This document shows positions 57,578 to 64,000 of a stretch of DNA of 64,000 bases, one piece after another. Numbering within the stretch: the first letter of the stretch is position 1; every line of letters begins with the position of its first letter. The notes under the pieces are model-generated. The model searched no databases, was not told the origin of the DNA, and worked only from the letters and a program-made list of their open reading frames with translations. Source of the DNA: Candidatus Norongarragalinales archaeon (GTDB lineage Archaea; Micrarchaeota; Micrarchaeia; Norongarragalinales; SBBD01); the NCBI GenBank assembly GCA_035288785.1, contig DATDZF010000009.1, positions 330 to 64,329 of the forward strand, read 5' to 3'. The translations under genes and the position numbers were made by a program.

Positions 57578-58594
57578 TCAATACCCCCTCCTTCTCAGGT
57601 AGTTCCGCAGGTTCCTGGGCCTAGCGCCACCCCAGAGTAAGGTGGCAACATTTGTGTCGTCTTCAGATACGTCCTGAAGCCTTCGAACCATCCGCCAACG
57701 TACATCATTCATTTGCTCGGCGGTAAAGCCACCCCTTCCGCGTAATCGCTTATAGAGCAGCACCAATTGAGGGTTCGCTTTTTTCCATTCCTCAACCCTT
57801 CCGGGCCCCCAACTCTTGAATTTTACTCCGGGGCTGAGATCCCAATACTTATCCGTATAATGGGTGAAACCCAAGTTGTAGTGCTCCCTTAGCAAATGCG
57901 AAGCGCGTGGATGGATTTCCGTCGTTAAGACGTCAATTCCCTGTCTTCTTAATTGCCTTTCCAGGTTTCCCATCATGGCTTTTGAGAGCCCCGGTGTTGC
58001 AAAATCCTCGAGGTATTCAAGTAGACCAATGCCATCGGCCGATTGGGAGGTAGTATAGCCCAATATCTTTTCCTTGCCAACTGCCCCTGAAACCGCCACC
58101 TGAACCGTAAATAGCGGCTGGGGCTCCCCTCCTGATTTCGCTCCGTGCGCCCCCATATGCCTCAAAGTTTCCAGATTCCCCAAAAAACTCCACTTCCAGG
58201 CAGAATGCTTCATGCGCTCTTCTATAGGGAAATCTGCTTTCTTTTTCCAGCGCGGGCTACTTCCCCACCTCAGCGCACTTCCTCCAAGGCCGCCGCCTCC
58301 GCGCCACCTCATTTTCAGCTTGGCAAGCACAGAACGCATATAACGGATTTCCGGCGATATGCTTTCCCGAAAGTCATGCATAGCAAGCGCGCGGCCTTCC
58401 CGTTTCCATTCGGGGGTATTGCTATACACCTTAGTCATGCCTGCCATCGCCCTTCTCCGGTCAGCGCGTATGTCGGGGTATAGGTGCATCGTAACTAACC
58501 GCACCTCCTGCTCTCCGGGTAGCGAAATTCTCTTTACGTTAAGTTGTGGAACCCGATCCTGACCGCGCAACCTTTCAGTCATTTTTACCCCCAA
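57578..58594 (-). CDS. Hypothetical Trp/Arg-rich protein, possible GNAT-like core
   Basis: 338 aa; composition unlike its Lys-rich neighbours; central segment ...GIGLLEYLEDFATPGLSKAMMGNLERQLRRQGIDVL... reminiscent of an acyl-CoA N-acyltransferase fold (weak). Confidence 0.4.
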   Translation of the reverse strand: MGVKMTERLRGQDRVPQLNVKRISLPGEQEVRLVTMHLYPDIRADRRRAMAGMTKVYSNTPEWKREGRALAMHDFRESISPEIRYMRSVLAKLKMRWRGGGGLGGSALRWGSSPRWKKKADFPIEERMKHSAWKWSFLGNLETLRHMGAHGAKSGGEPQPLFTVQVAVSGAVGKEKILGYTTSQSADGIGLLEYLEDFATPGLSKAMMGNLERQLRRQGIDVLTTEIHPRASHLLREHYNLGFTHYTDKYWDLSPGVKFKSWGPGRVEEWKKANPQLVLLYKRLRGRGGFTAEQMNDVRWRMVRRLQDVSEDDTNVATLLWGGARPRNLRNYLRRRGY

Positions 58595-58622
58595 TTAGAA
58601 ACAAACATCCACTTCGAAGACC

Positions 58623-59282
58623 CTATTTTTTCTTCATTACCAGGAACATATGGTCGCGCTCGAATAGGCCCAGATCGATTTTTTCCAGCACTTCAAAATG
58701 GCCCCTAAGCTCGGAAATTACCTGTGAATAAATCTGTTTTGGCGGCCTTGAGCTGTCAATTGACCTCGACTTGATTGCAACCATCGCGATGCCGCCGTTT
58801 TTGAGGAACCGCTCGCAATTATCGATCAAGATCCTAACCTGCTCCCTATCGGCAATATCCTCATACACCACATCGACTTTTCCATCCACCAAATCGCCAT
58901 ACCTTTCAGGGAACCTGGCATCCTCTATTATGGGAAGGATGTTGGCGCGCTTTTCCGATATGGAAATGAGATCCCTTCCGGACTGCGCTGAAAATTCGAC
59001 TGCATAAATCGCGCCGTTCGTAATGATATCGCTAAGGAATGAGCATGTAACCCCGTTTGCAGCGCCCAGATACAAAATGGTCGCATCTGGCGTAAATGGG
59101 AAGGACCTAAGCCCCCTCGAAATGGCAGCTGCGAGCTTGCTGTGGAATGGGCTCCACTCCCGGAATTCCTTCCCCTCCACCCGGATCAAATCCTCATCGT
59201 GCACCTTGAAGCCCTTGATTAGGGATTGGGTGCAAAGCTTTCCATTGATTTTGTAAACCCCGGGGAAAATTTGCTGCGCCAT
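58623..59282 (-). CDS. flpA: Fibrillarin-like rRNA/tRNA 2'-O-methyltransferase
   Basis: 219 aa from MAQQIFPGVYK; motifs ILYLGAANGVT, VYAVEFS, DARFPERY, VDVVYEDIA. Confidence 0.85.
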   Translation of the reverse strand: MAQQIFPGVYKINGKLCTQSLIKGFKVHDEDLIRVEGKEFREWSPFHSKLAAAISRGLRSFPFTPDATILYLGAANGVTCSFLSDIITNGAIYAVEFSAQSGRDLISISEKRANILPIIEDARFPERYGDLVDGKVDVVYEDIADREQVRILIDNCERFLKNGGIAMVAIKSRSIDSSRPPKQIYSQVISELRGHFEVLEKIDLGLFERDHMFLVMKKK

Positions 59283-59381
59283 ATCGACCGACACTATTTT
59301 GAGGAGGGGGAGGTATAAAAGGCAAATGAAGCTGCCAAAGTGGGCGGAACTGAAAGGCAATCGGGAGCAAGGCCGTCAAAA

Positions 59382-60464
59382 TCAAGCCGGCTCCACTTCA
59401 AGTAGAATGTCGCGGCCGAGGCTTTTTTTTGATATTAATTTAAAGCTGATTTTTCGCCCTAAGGAGGATGCAAAAAGGGGCACTCCTTCCCCGAAAAATT
59501 CCGGCACCACGATGAAATAAGCCCTATCAACGATGCCCTCCCGAAGGGCGGAAGCAATTACTGATGAACCGCCTTCAATCAGAAGCCGGCCTACCCCCCT
59601 CTTGCCAAGCTCCTTTAGGATGGAATTCCAATCAAGGGTGCCGGATTTTGATTTGATCGGGATAACTGCAAAGCCTAAATTCTCGAGCTTTTTCCTCTTT
59701 AATTCACCTATGCCGGTATTCCCACAAAATATTAGCACATTCCTGTCTGCAAGCACTTTCGAGTTGAGCGGGATGCGCAATTTTGCATCTAATATCACTC
59801 TCAACGGGTCCTTTCCTCTTACCAGCCGGGTGGTTAGGGCCGGATCATCCGCTAAAACGGTTCCGATCCCGACCAAAATCGCATCCGCTTTTGAGCGCAG
59901 CTTGTGGGCAAACTTTAGCGAAGCTTTACTGGAAAAATATTTTGCGCCCCTTTTTGTGATTTTTCCATCAAGGCTTGCTGCAACCTTAAGAACCACATAC
60001 GGCTTTTTGGTTTTGGCAAATTTCAAATAAGGCAAATTGATTCCTGCAGCGGCCTCCCTTAACAGCCCAACATCCACAATAACGCCATTTTTCCCAAGGT
60101 ACGCCATCCCTTTCCCCGTAACCTTGGGATTTGGGTCCTGCATCGCAACAACGACCCTCCGGACGCCGGCCAAAACGATCGCCTTTGCGCAAGGGCCGGT
60201 CTTTTTGCCTTTGAAGGGAACGCAGGGCTCAAGATTCACATAAAGTGTTGCGCCCCTTGCCCTTTTGCCCGCCTTGCCTAGCGCAACAACTTCCGCGTGC
60301 GGGCCGCCAAACTGCGCATGGAATCCGGAAGCGATGATGCGGCCGTTTTTGACAATCACGCAGCCAACTAATGGGTTGGTTTTGGCGTTGCCCGATCCTT
60401 TTGTTGCTAGGATTAGCGCTTTTTGCATGAATTTTTCGTAGGTGAGAGCCATAAGTACCATCAA
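59382..60464 (-). CDS. ribD: Bifunctional riboflavin biosynthesis protein RibD (pyrimidine deaminase plus reductase)
   Basis: 360 aa; N-terminal CMP/dCMP-type deaminase zinc motif (HAEVVAL...PCVPFKGKKTGPCA), C-terminal RibD reductase domain. Confidence 0.8.
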   Translation of the reverse strand: MMVLMALTYEKFMQKALILATKGSGNAKTNPLVGCVIVKNGRIIASGFHAQFGGPHAEVVALGKAGKRARGATLYVNLEPCVPFKGKKTGPCAKAIVLAGVRRVVVAMQDPNPKVTGKGMAYLGKNGVIVDVGLLREAAAGINLPYLKFAKTKKPYVVLKVAASLDGKITKRGAKYFSSKASLKFAHKLRSKADAILVGIGTVLADDPALTTRLVRGKDPLRVILDAKLRIPLNSKVLADRNVLIFCGNTGIGELKRKKLENLGFAVIPIKSKSGTLDWNSILKELGKRGVGRLLIEGGSSVIASALREGIVDRAYFIVVPEFFGEGVPLFASSLGRKISFKLISKKSLGRDILLEVEPA

Positions 60465-60472
60465 GCCCGGGG

Positions 60473-61075
60473 TTACACCGATTCGAGCGTATGGCCGAGC
60501 TTTTTTTTCTTTACTTCGAGATATCCGCGATTTGCCTTGTTTGGCTTTATTTCAAGGGGAATGCGGTCGCGGACAATAATCCCGTGCGCTTTAAGGCCGC
60601 TGATCTTCTTTGGGTTATTGGTTAGGAGTGAAATAGATTTTACCCCTAATGAGACCAAAATGATTGCCGCATCCTTGTAATCGCGCATATCATTGGCAAA
60701 CCCGAGCTTTTCATTTGCTTCAACCGTATCAAGGCCCCCGTCCTGGAGGGAATATGCCTTGATTTTATTTGCAAACCCGATGCCCCGCCCCTCTTGCCGC
60801 AGATAGATCAGGACCCCATTTGGCCTGGATTGGATGTATTTTAAGGACAGCGAAAGCTGCTCCCCGCAATCGCATTTAATTGAGCCAAAAGCATCCCCAG
60901 TCAAGCACTCGGAATGGATTCTAACCGGCACCCCTTCCTGTCCGGCAACGTCCCCATGAAGGAGAACTGCGTGCTCGGGAGATCCGCTTTCGCATTGGAA
61001 GGCAATAACGGTAAAATTCCCGTATTTTGTTGGCAATTTTGCCCTGGAGATTTCCTTTACCATCGCTTTCATCAT
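60473..61075 (-). CDS. ribA: GTP cyclohydrolase II
   Basis: 200 aa; zinc-binding CxC...C (SECLTGDAFGSIKCDCG), motif RQEGRGIG. Confidence 0.85.
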   Translation of the reverse strand: MMKAMVKEISRAKLPTKYGNFTVIAFQCESGSPEHAVLLHGDVAGQEGVPVRIHSECLTGDAFGSIKCDCGEQLSLSLKYIQSRPNGVLIYLRQEGRGIGFANKIKAYSLQDGGLDTVEANEKLGFANDMRDYKDAAIILVSLGVKSISLLTNNPKKISGLKAHGIIVRDRIPLEIKPNKANRGYLEVKKKKLGHTLESV

Positions 61076-61482
61076 CTTTTCTTATTTATCGACATTTCTA
61101 CTGCCGCAATTGCCGCCCTTTTGGCATAATCCTTTGCCCTAGTCTTTGCCTGTTTCCAGGTTATATTGGGGCCAAGGATCCCAAGTGAAACGTGCTTATC
61201 AAAATCGAGCCCCGTGGCCAAAAGTTCGCTTGCGATTGCATTTGCAATCAATTCGTCATGGCCCGTCCCTCCCTTGATCACTGCGCCAAGCGCAACCACG
61301 GCATTGACATTTTCCCGCTTGAGGAGCCGTTTAGCCGCAAGCGGTATTTCGTAGCAACCAGGGACATGCACAATGGCAACAACTTCGGCGCCCAATTCTT
61401 GTGACGCACGCCCTGCTTCCTTTTCCATGACGGAGGTGATCTCTTGGTTGAAATCCGCCACCACGAATGCCAATTTAACCAT
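61072..61482 (-). CDS. ribH: 6,7-dimethyl-8-ribityllumazine synthase
   Basis: 136 aa; motif VPGCYEIP; 4-nt overlap with ribA. Confidence 0.75.
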   Translation of the reverse strand: MVKLAFVVADFNQEITSVMEKEAGRASQELGAEVVAIVHVPGCYEIPLAAKRLLKRENVNAVVALGAVIKGGTGHDELIANAIASELLATGLDFDKHVSLGILGPNITWKQAKTRAKDYAKRAAIAAVEMSINKKR

Positions 61483-61502
61483 GTCCTTGCATTCACCAAT
61501 GC

Positions 61503-61964
61503 TTATTTTAGGGGGCCCGCATCTCCTTTCCCTTGCCTTATGCCCATTCCCGCCCTTTTTGAGAGCGAGGCCGGGTCGGAAACCAGCCGGTATGCATTAA
61601 GCGCATGCTTCCTTGCGCGGTCCTTGGCTATTTCCGCAAGCGCCCTATCCGAATCCGCCTCGAATTCGAATACGAATGCCTCGAGAATATGTTTGTTTGC
61701 GAGAAGCTTTGCCTGTTGTATGCCCATGGAGGCTTCGTGTGCACATTGCGTATCGATCTTTGCGCCGCCGACCCACCCAAGTGCAATGCAAATGTCGGCG
61801 CCGGAATCAAGTACGCGCCTGCATTCGATTGCCAGGTCCTTGATCCCCGGAACAGTGCGCCTGACGATCTCCACACCCTTAAGAATGGATAACTCCTCAA
61901 GAGCGAATTTGGCCATGTCCACGCGGGCAAAGGTCGTATCTACTACTCCAATTTTGTATTTCAT
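61503..61964 (-). CDS. ribC: Archaeal-type riboflavin synthase
   Basis: 153 aa; N-terminal KIGVVDTTFARVDMA matches archaeal riboflavin synthase (lumazine-synthase paralogue). Confidence 0.75.
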   Translation of the reverse strand: MKYKIGVVDTTFARVDMAKFALEELSILKGVEIVRRTVPGIKDLAIECRRVLDSGADICIALGWVGGAKIDTQCAHEASMGIQQAKLLANKHILEAFVFEFEADSDRALAEIAKDRARKHALNAYRLVSDPASLSKRAGMGIRQGKGDAGPLK

Positions 61965-62029
61965 AAATGATCAATCGATTTGGGCACACGAAGTGCAGGA
62001 TGATTGAGCGGCATGCCCGCAATGCATAT

Positions 62030-62707
62030 TCATCTAGGCTTCAGGCCTGTTTCCTTAAGCAGGGTCCTTCCTTCGATGAACGCAAGCCCGTTTTCTTTTG
62101 CGTATTTTTGGGCCATTTTCTTGCTTGCCGCCCTTCCCTTGCCGAGCATTTCACAAACTACAACCGCGGGAGGAAGCCCAGCCAGCCTGCATAGCTCAAC
62201 TGAAAGCTCGGTATGGCCTTGCCGCTCCCGTATGTCCCTTGCGAAAAGGAGCGGCACGTGCCCGGGCGAGTAAAATTTCCGGGCAAGTTCCGAATTCATT
62301 CCGTTATTTTTTGAGATCATTTTGGAAAGTTCCATTATCGTAAGCGCCCTGTCGCTATCGGGGATGCCTGTAAACGTGCCACGCGAATTTAGGGAAATCG
62401 AAAATGCGGATTCATCGCCATAGGGAGTTCGGGTGATCGCAAGCCGGCGCAGCAGGGGCGAATCGGAGCTGCGTAAAATTTCCGCCATATATTCGAGCCC
62501 CATTTTCCGCATAATCTCCTTGCTCGTGGCAAAGCATATGAGGCCCCCCGCATCCTTTCGGAGAGTACGGATCGTTTCAGGGGTGATTGCACTGCCATGG
62601 ATCACAAGGTCTGCTTCCCCTTCCCTTTTCTCCCCATCATAGAGCACCACGAAGCGGCCCGCCTTCAAACTGGAGATGGCATCCTTAAGCATAAGATCAG
62701 CACCCAT
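62030..62707 (-). CDS. ribB: 3,4-dihydroxy-2-butanone 4-phosphate synthase
   Basis: About 225 aa from MGADLML (or 62692 MLKD); motif DGEKREGEADL... Confidence 0.85.
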   Translation of the reverse strand: MGADLMLKDAISSLKAGRFVVLYDGEKREGEADLVIHGSAITPETIRTLRKDAGGLICFATSKEIMRKMGLEYMAEILRSSDSPLLRRLAITRTPYGDESAFSISLNSRGTFTGIPDSDRALTIMELSKMISKNNGMNSELARKFYSPGHVPLLFARDIRERQGHTELSVELCRLAGLPPAVVVCEMLGKGRAASKKMAQKYAKENGLAFIEGRTLLKETGLKPR

Positions 62708-62913
62708 ATTGTATTGCCGGGGGGTATAAATAGATTTACTTGAAAATGAGAAATTACGTAAAAATGAGTAATGTGGTATTTGCCAAAATTGGCGGCCTTT
62801 CCGCAAAAACCAAAGCCGAGTACATGAAATGGCCCAAATGAGCTCTCAATCCAATCGGACGAATGCCGACATCACCAAAGGGCATCCCCTGCGATTAGAT
62901 GCAGGCATCAAGC

Positions 62914-63243
62914 TCAATGCACTTCGCTGCCATCCGCAACGTCCCTATCCAAGGTCACCAAGGAAAGGCTGCCGTCCTCGCCCTGTGCTGCAAGGAGCAT
63001 CCCCTGCGATTCTATCCCCTTCAGGGTTTTTGGCTCGAGATTGGCAACGATGATGATTTTTTTCCCAAATAGCCCATCAGGCGAATAATGGGAGGCAATG
63101 CCGGCAACAAGAGTGCGCTGCTCGCCTCCGAGTTGGACTCGCAATTTCAGGAGCTTGTCACTCCCTTCGACCTTCTCGGCGCTTATAATTTTCGCAACTT
63201 TCAGCTGCAATTTGCTAAAATCAGCGAAGGGGATTGTTTCCAT
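62914..63243 (-). CDS. tRNA-binding domain protein (Trbp111/CsaA/EMAP-like OB fold)
   Basis: 109 aa from METIPF; motif LKVAKIISAEKVEGSDKLLKLRVQLGGEQRTLVAGIA. Confidence 0.75.
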   Translation of the reverse strand: METIPFADFSKLQLKVAKIISAEKVEGSDKLLKLRVQLGGEQRTLVAGIASHYSPDGLFGKKIIIVANLEPKTLKGIESQGMLLAAQGEDGSLSLVTLDRDVADGSEVH

Positions 63244-63334
63244 GATCTGGCCTTGTGAGGATGCAATTGGAGGATGATTTATGGCGGCAAAAAGCCCACC
63301 TAGCACCCAAACCTCATCGCACGCCGGAATTCCT

Positions 63335-63715
63335 CTAATACACTTTTCGGCGGGGGCTGTAGAACTTATCCGCTTTCATGGCCTCCACGAACGTCTTGTG
63401 CTCCTTGTGCTTCTTTTCTATGACTGCATAAATGAGGGCATAATTCTGTACGAGTATAAGCAGCTGCTTCTTGGATAGCGCCTTCACCTTCCCGGATATG
63501 TCCCTAACGATCTTCTTTGCCCGGTTGGGGTTTGTTTCGGCCTCCTTCAGGAACGCCTCCTCGTATTTCCGCGCCTGGACGACCTTGATGAATTTCTTGA
63601 GGGTATCCTCGCCCTCCCTGAGTTCCTTGTCCGTAAAGGAGGTTTCCCTCTTCTTCAGGTAGCGCTTCTCGCGGATAATGAAGGAAACTAGTAAGTCCAG
63701 ATTGTATTCGTTCAT
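63335..63715 (-). CDS. Hypothetical Lys-rich helical protein
   Basis: 126 aa; no motif recognised. Confidence 0.4.
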   Translation of the reverse strand: MNEYNLDLLVSFIIREKRYLKKRETSFTDKELREGEDTLKKFIKVVQARKYEEAFLKEAETNPNRAKKIVRDISGKVKALSKKQLLILVQNYALIYAVIEKKHKEHKTFVEAMKADKFYSPRRKVY

Positions 63716-63899
63716 GCAAATCCCCCCGAATTAGTGCAATCCTTAAGCCGGTTCTGATATATATGGCTTGTGGAGAAAATGGCAACGATTTATAAATGAG
63801 ATTGGCAGGTGCGGCAATTGCATATGGGGCAAACGCCATTAGGGCCTGAACTGGGCTCCAAGCAATGCTAATGAAGGTCCGAAGGGGGAAAATTGCCCC

Positions 63900-64000
63900 C
63901 TACATTTTATCGAACGAAACCTTCACCGGCCCGCGTTCGCCTTCCTCAACCTTGAAGTAATCCTTCTTGGAAAAGCCACCCATGCTTGCAACGAGGTTGC
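63900..64000 (-). CDS. Partial CDS (C-terminal end only; gene continues beyond window)
   Basis: Minus-strand frame open from the window end to stop at 63900..63902 (...MGGFSKKDYFKVEEGERGPVKVSFDKM*). Confidence 0.3.
   Translation of the reverse strand, partial: NLVASMGGFSKKDYFKVEEGERGPVKVSFDKM

Noticed and set aside
1-64000. CRISPR arrays, transposases, integrases, tRNA-flanked islands
   Set aside because: No regularly spaced direct repeats, no IS-like terminal inverted repeats and no transposase or integrase-like ORFs were seen. A by-eye scan for canonical tRNA T-loop motifs in intergenic regions found no convincing tRNA, but this search was not exhaustive.

Overview
Archaeal chromosomal segment, about 50% GC, densely packed with housekeeping genes and with no CRISPR array or recognisable mobile element. 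The gene content (thermosome, PCNA, PriL-like primase subunit, archaeal class I CCA enzyme, fibrillarin, Pelota, aTrm56, GGGP synthase, split transketolase) marks it as archaeal, possibly a heterotrophic euryarchaeon or Thermoplasmatota-like lineage, but that is inference only. Information-processing genes include topoisomerase IA, CCA tRNA nucleotidyltransferase, a beta-CASP RNase, PCNA, PriL, prefoldin beta, thermosome, Pelota, fibrillarin, tRNA Cm56 methyltransferase, ScpA and a TrmB-family regulator. A stand-alone 5S rRNA gene, not in the ORF track, overlaps the 5' end of the 467-aa ORF at 8369..9772. Metabolic clusters are pyrimidine biosynthesis (pyrD-pyrK-pyrC operon, pyrE elsewhere); a complete riboflavin operon (ribB, archaeal-type riboflavin synthase, ribH, bacterial-type ribA, bifunctional ribD); the non-oxidative pentose-phosphate branch (transaldolase, split transketolase, rpiA); CoA-related genes (type II PanK-like ASKHA ATPase, DUF359 dephospho-CoA kinase); an acyl-CoA dehydrogenase; and GGGP synthase. 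Several large secreted or anchored surface proteins, a class III signal-peptide pilin, a TadC/FlaJ-like platform protein and a DsbA-like oxidoreductase paired with a small CxxC membrane protein point to an elaborate cell envelope. Features absent from the ORF track and found by reading the sequence are the 5S rRNA, a 38-aa extremely acidic peptide, two small zinc-ribbon proteins (54 and 51 aa), a two-copy ~60-nt structured repeat, and an inverted repeat abutting the TATA box of the TrmB-family regulator gene. No complete self-contained novel system (defence, toxin-antitoxin or secretion) could be confidently delineated. The DsbA plus CxxC-membrane pair, the structured repeat family and the mosaic riboflavin operon are the most suggestive items. 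All functional calls rest on motif recognition by eye without database searches.
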